From Bacteroidales bacterium (GTDB lineage: Bacteria; Bacteroidota; Bacteroidia; Bacteroidales; VadinHA17): 64,000 nucleotides of DNA. A model generated the notes under the pieces. The model had not been told where the DNA came from and searched no databases. It saw only the letters and a list, made by a program, of their open reading frames with translations. The stretch spans positions 164 to 64,163 of the forward strand of contig JAGGWN010000109.1 in NCBI GenBank assembly GCA_021157415.1. Direction: 5' to 3'. Each line of letters opens with the position of its first letter. Position 1 is the first letter of the stretch. Below are positions 56,183 to 64,000 of the stretch, piece by piece. The position numbers and the translations under genes are program-made.

Positions 56183-57283
56183 TTAATTTTTCATGATTTT
56201 GTATGTGTAAACAGGTCCGCTCAGATCCAGGGTGATGGTATAGTTTCCGTCGGCTGCAATCGGGATGTTGGCACCACCTGCATCCAGTTTACGGTCGTCT
56301 CCGTCATCTCCATAATTCAAAGCCCAGTCGTCATTGGCTCTGAATTTGATTTCTCCGGCAACCAGGTCAAGAGTAATGGTCCAGACATTATTGACCTTAT
56401 CATAGGTCATATCAACATCAACGCTCCAGTCGTAAGGAGGTACGGACGAACCTATCAGACCCCAGTCTGTTTTCGTGTATGTATAAGTGGTTACATTCAG
56501 ATCGGCTTTGATAAGGAAGTATCCTGGTCCACCCGGGACTTTTATATTATTGCCTCCCCAGTTACCTATCTGCAACGTTCCGGACATTCCGGATGCATCA
56601 GGATCACCAATAGTATTATCCTGTTCCCATGCGGGAACCTTGAGGAATTTTAACTCCGTTGTATCCTGTGAAAACCACAAATATCCTTCATAGACACCAT
56701 TGTCTTTAACCGAATAAATGACGGTATTGGTATTGGCAGGATCCCATTCGCCCCAGGCTGGGTTCCAGTCATCCTGGTAACTCCCCGGTACGTAAAGTTT
56801 GGGATAATCAATCACTTCTTCAAACGGTGTGATGTTCATGGAAATGGGTTGCGAGTAAAGTGTATCCACATCCTTGTGGATAGCTGCGGTAACCCTGACT
56901 TGTACATTAGCCGCTTCTCCCGGAAAAGCATTAAGAGTCAAAAGAGCATTGTTGACCGTTCCCTCCAGGACATCCATACTGGTAGTGTTGGTAATCCCCA
57001 GAATGGCGGGATTGGCAAAATTGTCAGCAGCCAAATCAAGTTCCAGGGTATAGAAAACAGAAGCCTGAAATCCAAAATCTGCAGGGCTCCAGCTGAAAGT
57101 AGTCATGATATTGTCTTCGGTAGAGTCTGTCAGAATATAGCTACTCCCATCGGCGGGGGCAGTTATCTCGGGCGCAGTATATACACCGACCACTGGTTCT
57201 CTCACTTCTTTTTCACATGAAACCAGAAAAGCAAGACCGGCAATCAGTGATAAAATCGGATATATTTTCTGTTTATTCATCAT
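56183..57283 (-). CDS. SusE/SusF-like outer-membrane glycan-binding lipoprotein
   Basis: Lipobox LAFLVSC. It has a SusE-like N-terminal domain (FSWSPADFGFQASVFYTLEL) followed by two beta-sandwich modules ending GEIKFRANDDWALNYGDDG...YTYKI. It is in the canonical position after susD. Confidence 0.75.
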   Translation of the reverse strand: MMNKQKIYPILSLIAGLAFLVSCEKEVREPVVGVYTAPEITAPADGSSYILTDSTEDNIMTTFSWSPADFGFQASVFYTLELDLAADNFANPAILGITNTTSMDVLEGTVNNALLTLNAFPGEAANVQVRVTAAIHKDVDTLYSQPISMNITPFEEVIDYPKLYVPGSYQDDWNPAWGEWDPANTNTVIYSVKDNGVYEGYLWFSQDTTELKFLKVPAWEQDNTIGDPDASGMSGTLQIGNWGGNNIKVPGGPGYFLIKADLNVTTYTYTKTDWGLIGSSVPPYDWSVDVDMTYDKVNNVWTITLDLVAGEIKFRANDDWALNYGDDGDDRKLDAGGANIPIAADGNYTITLDLSGPVYTYKIMKN

Positions 57284-57307
57284 CTTATTTTTTTTAGCAG
57301 TTAAAGA

Positions 57308-59509
57308 TTAATATCCCGGATTCTGAGTAAGGTTTGGATTGGCAGCAATATCTGAAGAAGGAATTGGGAAGACATCATATTTGCTGTCTGTTGATTTTCC
57401 TTCTTTTATACCGCCTTTCCAGGCCCAAACGTAATCTGTGTTACTGAATTTCCCGAAACGTACCAGGTCCGTTCTTCTGTATCCTTCCCAGAACAATTCT
57501 CTGGCCCGTTCGTCCAGGAGGAAGTCCAGGGTAAGGTCGTCGGCTGTAATATCTGCCGAATTATCACCATAAGCCCGTTCCCGTAATGCGTTAACATAAC
57601 CGAGGGCTGTTCCCAGGTCTCCGCCGGAGCCCCCGCGTAAAACCGCTTCGGCATACATCAGATAAGCATCTGCCAGACGGAACAATGGGAAATCGGTATC
57701 AGGGAAGGTAAGGTCTTTGCCTGATGCTCCTGTAGATGTTATGTTTTTGAATTTTGTGATGGCATATCCGTTGGTAAATTCAAACATATCGTCTATATCC
57801 AGGGATTGACCATCGGTATAGAACATACTCCTGCTGTCGGATGCAAATTTTTCTATTGTATATGTATAGTCCGGGGCTCCCAGTTTCAGCGAGATTTTAT
57901 ATTTCCCTGCTTCAGGGATACTGATGTTGGACCCTCCTTCTTCGAGGATACCATCAGCGTCATTATCCCCATAATTCAGAGCCCAATCATCGTTGGCGCG
58001 GAACTTGATCTCTCCTGTGTTTAGCTCAAGAACAACTGTCCAGAGACCGGTAGCCGGGTCATAGGTCATGTTCTGATCCGAATCCCACTGATCAGCGGTA
58101 GCATCACCAATGACACCCCAGTCGGTTTTAACAACCGAATAGATGCGTGTAGTGGTATCCACATCGATTTTGTAATAGCCTGCTTCGGGAACAACAATGT
58201 TGTCTCCGTTTTGATCCAGTGTGCCGTCAGCCCCGTTATCGCCGAAGTTATAATCCCAATTGGGATAATATGAAAATTTGAATTCCGTATTGGCATCTGC
58301 AAAATACAGGTATCCCTGATAGTGATTATCACTGTTTACCGAAGCAAGTACGGTAGTGGAGTCTTCCGGATTCCATCCCTGATAGGAGCCCGGAACAAAT
58401 ATGAGCGGGTAATTTGAGGATCCTTTAGCTGACACCACAGTGCTTTTCAGGTTGGAGATGTCCATAAATTTCCCGACGAATTGTTTGGTGGCTCTGAGAC
58501 CTGCCCACCCTCCGTCGATACCGAAGTCGGCGGGGTTCATAGAGCCTCCGACCGAGGCATGGATGATGAAGGTGGTTCCTCCCCAGGTTTTGGTATGTAC
58601 CCCGTCAAAGGTAATGGGGAAAATGACTCCCTGTGCCTGGTCATTGTCAGCTAAAAACAAGTTTTGATAAGAAGGATCAAGCGTGTAACCGGCATCAATG
58701 ACTTTTTTAGTGTAGGTAATTACATCGGAATAATGATCTTCTCCAACGTAAACTTTAGCATTAAGATAAAGTTTAGCCAGTAACATCCAGTCAGCAGCCT
58801 GATCAGCCCTGCCATATTCATTGGTACGAGGTTCCGGCAACTTATTCTCTATATCAAGCAATTCTGATTCGATATAGTCAAACAAATCCTTTTTACTGAT
58901 TTGTTTCGGAAAGAAAGCACCTACTTTGTCTTTTTCCGTAACAAAAGGAACACTTCCGAACAAATCCAGAGCATGCCAGTAACTTAAAGCTCTCAAGAAT
59001 CTGGCTTCGGCACGGTATTCACGAATCGTTTGTTGATCGGATTCTGAAATTCCGTTTTCTTTCATTTTATCATCCGTGGACTGACGCAGGAATTCATTAC
59101 ATAAGGAAACCTGATAAAAGATCCGGTAATAAAGATTGGTGATAAACTCATTGCTTGCCGACCAGTCCTGCTCATGATAGTCCCGCAGGTTTCCGTCATT
59201 CCAGGCGATAATAGCTTCGTCGGTAGGCAGTTCCTGGGCATACCAGTATGCGCGAAGATATTGACCGAATCCTTCATCCAGTCCACTGAGGTCTCCCATT
59301 CCATGAGGGCCTTGCTGCCCGCTGACAGCGAGGCCTGCATACAATTTGGCAAGCACCTGTTTGTAGGATTCGGGGTTCTTGTAAACTGTAGCAGAAGTAA
59401 CCACATCCGGATCGATAGGAATCGTATCCAGATCTTTTGTACATGATGCCAATGCCAGTATCAGGGCAAATGCACCAATCATCGAAATTTTCAGCTGTTT
59501 TTTATTCAT
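57308..59509 (-). CDS. susD: SusD/RagB-family nutrient-binding lipoprotein with an internal SusE/F-like insertion of about 200 aa
   Basis: Lipobox LALASC. SusD hallmarks: YKQVLAKLYAGLAVSG, EARFLRALSYWHALDLFG, FPLFRLADAYLMYAEA and RARELFWEGYRRTDLVRF. At 733 aa it is about 150-200 aa longer than typical SusD proteins. The extra segment is about aa 355-555. Confidence 0.85.
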   Translation of the reverse strand: MNKKQLKISMIGAFALILALASCTKDLDTIPIDPDVVTSATVYKNPESYKQVLAKLYAGLAVSGQQGPHGMGDLSGLDEGFGQYLRAYWYAQELPTDEAIIAWNDGNLRDYHEQDWSASNEFITNLYYRIFYQVSLCNEFLRQSTDDKMKENGISESDQQTIREYRAEARFLRALSYWHALDLFGSVPFVTEKDKVGAFFPKQISKKDLFDYIESELLDIENKLPEPRTNEYGRADQAADWMLLAKLYLNAKVYVGEDHYSDVITYTKKVIDAGYTLDPSYQNLFLADNDQAQGVIFPITFDGVHTKTWGGTTFIIHASVGGSMNPADFGIDGGWAGLRATKQFVGKFMDISNLKSTVVSAKGSSNYPLIFVPGSYQGWNPEDSTTVLASVNSDNHYQGYLYFADANTEFKFSYYPNWDYNFGDNGADGTLDQNGDNIVVPEAGYYKIDVDTTTRIYSVVKTDWGVIGDATADQWDSDQNMTYDPATGLWTVVLELNTGEIKFRANDDWALNYGDNDADGILEEGGSNISIPEAGKYKISLKLGAPDYTYTIEKFASDSRSMFYTDGQSLDIDDMFEFTNGYAITKFKNITSTGASGKDLTFPDTDFPLFRLADAYLMYAEAVLRGGSGGDLGTALGYVNALRERAYGDNSADITADDLTLDFLLDERARELFWEGYRRTDLVRFGKFSNTDYVWAWKGGIKEGKSTDSKYDVFPIPSSDIAANPNLTQNPGY

Positions 59510-59527
59510 CGTTTTACTCTTTTTCCG

Positions 59528-62479
59528 TTAAAACTTAGCACTAACCCCCAACAGGAAAGTACGGGGTCTGGGATAAACATTATTGTCTATGCCATTGATT
59601 ACTTCGGGATCAAGTCCTTTGTAACGGGTGATTAAAAATGCATTTTGTACTGTACCGTAAACTCTGAGCTGAGCCCATTTTATCTGAGTTATATTGTATC
59701 CCAGGGTGATATGATCCATCCTGAGGAAGGATCCGTTTTCAACATAATAGTCCGAGAAATATTTCGGATTTTCGAATTTAGAATCCAGTAAACTGGTGGT
59801 TACATTCGACAGATAACCGACGGAATTGTATAAACTACTATAGGTCCCATGATTGGAAAACATGTTGTTATAAACATAATTCCCCAGACTGATCCGGCCA
59901 GCGAACGAGAAATCAAAGTTTTTGTAAGTAAATAGAGAGTTGAATCCCATAAAGACATCCGGTGCGGCCTTTTTATAATGATAACGGTCATCTACTGTGA
60001 TCTGGCCGTCGTTATTGCGATCGACGTATAACCCTTCAAGAGGATTTCCGTTTTTATCATATGCCTGTTCGTAAACATAAAAAGCATTGGCCGGATAACC
60101 TACGCTATGAATCTGGATTGTGTTGCCAACCCCCCCGGAGATGCCGCCGGTAAAGACTCCCAAATAGGAGGGATCGTCGGTGGCAGTCAGTTTTGTGATC
60201 TCGTTTTTGTTGTAACTGGCATTGAAACCTATATCCCATTTCATGACTGTTTTTGAAATGGCAGTAGCGTTGATTGCAAACTCAACTCCTTTGTTTGTCA
60301 GGTCCCCGACATTGGTCAGGATTTGGTTGGTCAGATTGGTTCCTGCCGGTACAGGAATGAAGTTCAACAAATCACTGGTTTTCCTGTAATAAGCATCCAG
60401 ACTTCCTGTGATCCTGTTGTTCAGAAAACCGTAATCCAGACCGACGTTATAAGTGGTGGTTTCTTCCCATTTCAGGTTCTCGTCATATCCTTCGGGGCGT
60501 AGCGTAGTGATATAGCTGTTCCCAAATTGATACTGGGCATTGTCAAGACTATAGGTATAACGGGGCAGATAGGGATAATCTCCTCCTATGTCCTGTTGTC
60601 CTGTGATCCCATACCCCAGACGAAGTTTCAGGGTATTCATTGCGTCGGATTTGAAAAAAGGTTCCTTGGCCATATCCCAGGCAAACGCCAGTGAAGGGAA
60701 TAAACCCCAGCGATTTTCCGGAGCAAACCGGGAAGACCCGTCATCACGAAGGGTAAAAGTAAACAGATAACGTTCATTAAAAATATAATTAATACGTCCG
60801 AAAAAGGAGACCAGATAATTTTCCGTGATATAGTCGGAATTTTCATTGATAAGAGTTTCTGCCACATTGGTTGAGTAGGTGGTTCCTTTTCTCCAGTAGT
60901 GCTGCCAGGAATATCCGGCAGTAACATCCAGATGACTGTTAACAGATGCCAGGTCCTTGACATAGTTAAAGTAAAAATCCAGCAAGCTGTTTTTCTTGTT
61001 TTGTGTATAGTGGGTTTTATTGCCTCCACCGTTCAGAGGATCATAAGACCAGGCTGCATTTTCCGGCACGAAATTATTTCCGTCACTTTTGGATATGTCG
61101 TAACCCAGATTCAATTTGGCTGTCAGTTCGTGAAGAAAAGGTAATCTGTAATCAAACTGTGCATTTCCCAGACTCCTGGAAACATTCGAACGATTATCAG
61201 TCATTTCTAACTGTGCCAATGGATTGGACGGAGCTATGGTGATAGGGTCTCCGTTAGGCTGTGTCCACGTGAAATATCCTCCGTACGGGCTATTCTGATC
61301 ATATACAGGCTGTGTTGGATCAAAAGCTATGGCTGAGCCGATAGCGCCCCAGTTTGCAAAACGGTTTTTAATGTACATTCCTTTCACATTCAGATTTATG
61401 TTTAAATCTCCGTTTAAAAGGGATGGATTCAGGCTTAAAGCTCCTGTAGTACGGTTAAGCCCCGAGGTTTTCAGTATTCCGTCCTGATCCGTATATCCGA
61501 TAGAAACACGATAGGGAAGAGCTTTAAGACCTCCGGAGAAACTAAGGTTATGATCCTGACTGAAGGCGGTTTTGAAGATAACATTTTGCCAGTCTGTATT
61601 GGCCGTTCCCAGTAGATTCAGTGCGTTGGGGTTTGCTTCAAAATGTGACTGTATAATGTTTTTAAATTGATCGGCAGAAAGTACGCTTATTTCTCCCGAA
61701 CGGGTGGCCCAGTTTACATTTCCGTTATAGGTCAGGGAGAATGGTTGACCTTTTTTCCCTTTCTTTGTAGTAATCAGAATTACTCCGTTGGAAGCCCGGG
61801 AGCCATAAATAGCCGTGGCCGAAGCGTCCTTCAAAACAGTAAACGTCTCAATGTCGTCGGGGTTGATTGTGTTCAAGGGGTTCCGCATGCCGGAAACACC
61901 TTCATTGTCTATAGGAACTCCGTCAATCACGATCAGTGGATCGTTGCTTGCCGACAGGGACGATCCTCCACGGATACGGATCATGGCCCCTGTTCCCGGG
62001 GCCCCGCCGGCGTTGGTGATCTGAACACCGGCAATTTTGCCGGAAACCAGATCCTGGGGCGAGGTGATCGCTCCGCGGTTAAAGTCTTCGGACGTTACGG
62101 CAGCCACAGAACCGGTGGCATCTTCTTTTTTCACTGTACCGTAACCAATCGCTACTACCTCCTTCAGTGTAACTTCGCTGAACTGGAGGGAGACATTAAT
62201 AACTGTCTGGTTATTTACCTGTACTTCCTGTGTGGTATAACCGACAAACGAGAATACCAGGGTAGCCCCCTTTTGTACCGAAAGTGAATAATTCCCTTCC
62301 GCATCTGTTACCGTACCAATGGTCGTTCCTTTTACTACCACGTTTACACCGGGTATGGGAGAACCGTCGGAAGCGTCGGTAACCTTTCCTTTTACAGCAA
62401 TTTCCTGGGCATACAACAACCCGGAGAGCATTATGCCGCCGAGAAGCAATGCCAACTTGCTTATGAATCCTCTTTTCAT
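59528..62479 (-). CDS. susC: SusC-type TonB-dependent transporter
   Basis: Signal peptide. Carboxypeptidase-regulatory-like domain (VKGKVTDASDGSPIPGVNVVVKGT..GTVTDAEGNYSL). Plug domain (IRIRGGSSLSASNDPLIVIDGVP, FTVLKDASATAIYGSRASNGVILITTKKG). Barrel of about 700 aa ending GVSAKF. Confidence 0.92.
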   Translation of the reverse strand: MKRGFISKLALLLGGIMLSGLLYAQEIAVKGKVTDASDGSPIPGVNVVVKGTTIGTVTDAEGNYSLSVQKGATLVFSFVGYTTQEVQVNNQTVINVSLQFSEVTLKEVVAIGYGTVKKEDATGSVAAVTSEDFNRGAITSPQDLVSGKIAGVQITNAGGAPGTGAMIRIRGGSSLSASNDPLIVIDGVPIDNEGVSGMRNPLNTINPDDIETFTVLKDASATAIYGSRASNGVILITTKKGKKGQPFSLTYNGNVNWATRSGEISVLSADQFKNIIQSHFEANPNALNLLGTANTDWQNVIFKTAFSQDHNLSFSGGLKALPYRVSIGYTDQDGILKTSGLNRTTGALSLNPSLLNGDLNINLNVKGMYIKNRFANWGAIGSAIAFDPTQPVYDQNSPYGGYFTWTQPNGDPITIAPSNPLAQLEMTDNRSNVSRSLGNAQFDYRLPFLHELTAKLNLGYDISKSDGNNFVPENAAWSYDPLNGGGNKTHYTQNKKNSLLDFYFNYVKDLASVNSHLDVTAGYSWQHYWRKGTTYSTNVAETLINENSDYITENYLVSFFGRINYIFNERYLFTFTLRDDGSSRFAPENRWGLFPSLAFAWDMAKEPFFKSDAMNTLKLRLGYGITGQQDIGGDYPYLPRYTYSLDNAQYQFGNSYITTLRPEGYDENLKWEETTTYNVGLDYGFLNNRITGSLDAYYRKTSDLLNFIPVPAGTNLTNQILTNVGDLTNKGVEFAINATAISKTVMKWDIGFNASYNKNEITKLTATDDPSYLGVFTGGISGGVGNTIQIHSVGYPANAFYVYEQAYDKNGNPLEGLYVDRNNDGQITVDDRYHYKKAAPDVFMGFNSLFTYKNFDFSFAGRISLGNYVYNNMFSNHGTYSSLYNSVGYLSNVTTSLLDSKFENPKYFSDYYVENGSFLRMDHITLGYNITQIKWAQLRVYGTVQNAFLITRYKGLDPEVINGIDNNVYPRPRTFLLGVSAKF

Positions 62480-62540
62480 ATAAAAATAGGTTTGGTTAAC
62501 AATTTGTTAAAAAATTTAAAAATACAAAACATAACGGTAG

Positions 62541-62548
62541 CAAAGGTA
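62541..62548 (-). promoter_or_regulatory. Candidate -7 promoter box (TACCTTTG on the minus strand) for susC
   Basis: The plus strand reads CAAAGGTA, which is TACCTTTG on the minus strand and matches TAnnTTTG. It is about 62 nt upstream of the susC ATG. This is a motif match only. Confidence 0.3.
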
Positions 62549-62590
62549 AAGAAAAAATAGACTGTATTATATTAATAATCAATAAATAAA

Positions 62591-62616
62591 TGCAATCGAT
62601 ACCGCAAACGTTTGAA
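62591..62616. promoter_or_regulatory. Two adjacent LacI-family operator-like sites in the susC/lacI-type divergent region
   Basis: TGCAATCGATACCG (62591-62604) and CGCAAACGTTTGAA (62603-62616, with a perfectly palindromic core CAAACGTTTG). Both were compared with the LacI/GalR consensus TGnAAnCGnTTnCA. Confidence 0.45.
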
Positions 62617-62713
62617 AATATATTCTGGAGGACAGTATTTCCTTGCGGGAATTAAAACATTTTATGTAATTTCATGGTTTCAGAAATAATAAATGCTCAA
62701 ATGAATAAGAATA

Positions 62714-63727
62714 ATGGCAGTAACCATAAAAGATATAGCACGGCAACTTGGGATTTCCCCGTCCACCGTTTCACGGGCTTTAAAAGATCATCCGGATATC
62801 AGTCAGGAAACCAAAAACGCCGTCAATGAACTGGCCAGGAAATTACATTATCAACCCGATCCGGTAGCACTGAGTCTGAAAAAAGGCCAAAGCCATACCA
62901 TTGGTGTGATCGTGCCGGAGATTGTTCATTATTTTTTCTCTACGGTGATCAGCGGAATTGAAGATGTTGCGTATAAATCCGGATACCGGGTCGTGATCTG
63001 TCAGTCCAATGAAGATTATAAACGGGAAGTGGAGAATGTGGACGCACTTCTTTACAGTCGGGTTGACGGGATACTGGTTTCGGTTTCAAAAAAAACGATG
63101 AACCTGGATCATCTGAAAAAGGTTCAGGAGCAACATGTTTCCCTGGTAATGTTTGACCGCATTGCAGAGGAATTGGAGACGGACAGGGTATTTGTGGATG
63201 ACAGGGATGCTGCTTACAATGCGGTGAAACATCTTATTGTGAATGGGTATAAAAATATTGTTCATTATGCCGCGCCCCAGCACCTGGGTATAGGAAGACT
63301 GAGAAAAGAAGGTTATGTGAATGCCCTGGAAAAGTATCAGATCCCTGTCCGGGAAGAGTATATTATTAAATGTGATACGATGGACGAGGCACAGCAAATC
63401 ACCGCAGAGACCATGAAGTTACATCCACGGCCTGATGCTTTTTTCTGTGTCAATGACATGACTGCTGCCGGAGTGATGAAAGTTTTGAAAAAGTTAAACT
63501 ACCGCATTCCGGAAGATGTGGCAATCGTTGGATTTACAAATGGAGAGATTTCCAATTTGCTTACTCCTGCTATTACGTCGGTGGAACAGCACGGATTTGA
63601 AATCGGCAAAGAAGCGGCGCAATTAATACTTGACCGGCTTTTGCATCCGGAAAAGGATATCCCTCCCCGCCAAAAAGTGATAAAAACTACCCTGGTAGTT
63701 AAAGGTTCTACGGTGAAAAATATTTAG
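62714..63727 (+). CDS. LacI/GalR-family transcriptional regulator
   Basis: N-terminal HTH VTIKDIARQLGISPSTVSRALKDHPDIS, followed by a periplasmic-binding-protein-like sugar-sensing core (GVIVPEI, DGILV, VNDMTAAGVM). Confidence 0.9.
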   Translation: MAVTIKDIARQLGISPSTVSRALKDHPDISQETKNAVNELARKLHYQPDPVALSLKKGQSHTIGVIVPEIVHYFFSTVISGIEDVAYKSGYRVVICQSNEDYKREVENVDALLYSRVDGILVSVSKKTMNLDHLKKVQEQHVSLVMFDRIAEELETDRVFVDDRDAAYNAVKHLIVNGYKNIVHYAAPQHLGIGRLRKEGYVNALEKYQIPVREEYIIKCDTMDEAQQITAETMKLHPRPDAFFCVNDMTAAGVMKVLKKLNYRIPEDVAIVGFTNGEISNLLTPAITSVEQHGFEIGKEAAQLILDRLLHPEKDIPPRQKVIKTTLVVKGSTVKNI

Positions 63728-63746
63728 CATATAATAAAAAAAAACC

Positions 63747-64000
63747 ATGAAAATCATATCATTGGACCAGGTGGAAAAGTTTAAAGTGGATATGGCGGGT
63801 GCTGAAAAAACCTGGAAACAAATGCCCTTGTCACAGAATGACGGTGTTCCTGTATATTCTTTCCGGGTTTTTACGGTTGAGCCCGGGGGATTTACTCCAT
63901 ATCATCATCATCCTTATGAACACATGAATTATATTATCTCAGGCGAAGGTGCTTTGGTTGATAAGGATAAGAAGGAGATGGCTGTAAAACAAGGAGATTT
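63747..64000 (+). CDS. Cupin-domain protein (5' part, runs off the window)
   Basis: My own translation from ATG 63747: MKIISLDQVEKFKVDMAGAEKTWKQM...VEPGGFTPYHHHPYEHMNYIISGEGALV. This is the cupin_2 motif G..tP.H.H..E....i.sG.g. There is no stop before the window end. Confidence 0.6.
   Translation, partial: MKIISLDQVEKFKVDMAGAEKTWKQMPLSQNDGVPVYSFRVFTVEPGGFTPYHHHPYEHMNYIISGEGALVDKDKKEMAVKQGD

Overview
This is a dense chromosomal segment, about 55 genes mostly on the minus strand, that looks like Bacteroidota. Supporting signs are a SusC/SusD pair, three proteins with type-IX-secretion C-terminal sorting domains, a short 80-aa ATP synthase epsilon subunit, and TAnnTTTG-type -7 promoter boxes. 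No transposase, integrase, CRISPR array, rRNA or phage genes were seen.

Content from left to right:
- rsgA, an AAE/YidE-type transporter and a BtuF-like binding protein without a signal peptide.
- A maltose/maltodextrin catabolic group: a GH13 lipoprotein, fbaA, a GH65 phosphorylase and a GPH/MFS symporter.
- A T9SS cargo protein with Trp-rich repeats, and a YgjP/M48 peptidase.
- A TolC plus membrane-fusion-protein pair with no pump gene.
- tsaB, a DUF3108 protein, efp, and a GAF-PP2C phosphatase.
- An O-antigen-ligase/Wzz pair, tyrS and cvpA.
- A small accessory-looking patch: an orphan AbrB/SpoVT-like gene behind a perfect 20+20 bp palindrome, a secreted hypothetical protein, a PflX-type radical SAM enzyme, tRNA-Arg(CCT), an outer-membrane barrel, a secreted caspase-like peptidase with three C-terminal repeats, and an orphan receiver domain.
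- A giant DUF2723 (GT-C-like) membrane protein, divergent from a 980-aa HExxH + PD40-propeller + putative beta-barrel protein.
- An aromatic amino acid decarboxylase.
- A complete F-type ATPase gene set (bactofilin, atpZ, a membrane protein, atpBEFHAG, a polyprenyl synthase, atpDC, a hydrolase).
- fabH, plsX, rpmF and yceD.
- A LacI-controlled Sus-like polysaccharide utilisation locus (PUL) with two GH13 enzymes (one T9SS-secreted), a GH53 galactanase, a SusE/F-like protein, SusD and SusC.

The most unusual item is the 733-aa SusD homologue. It carries an internal insertion of about 200 aa that is a clear paralogue of the tandem C-terminal binding modules of the adjacent SusE/F-like lipoprotein. 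Similarity is visible at both protein and DNA level.

All calls come from reading the translated ORFs and the DNA by eye. No database searches were run.
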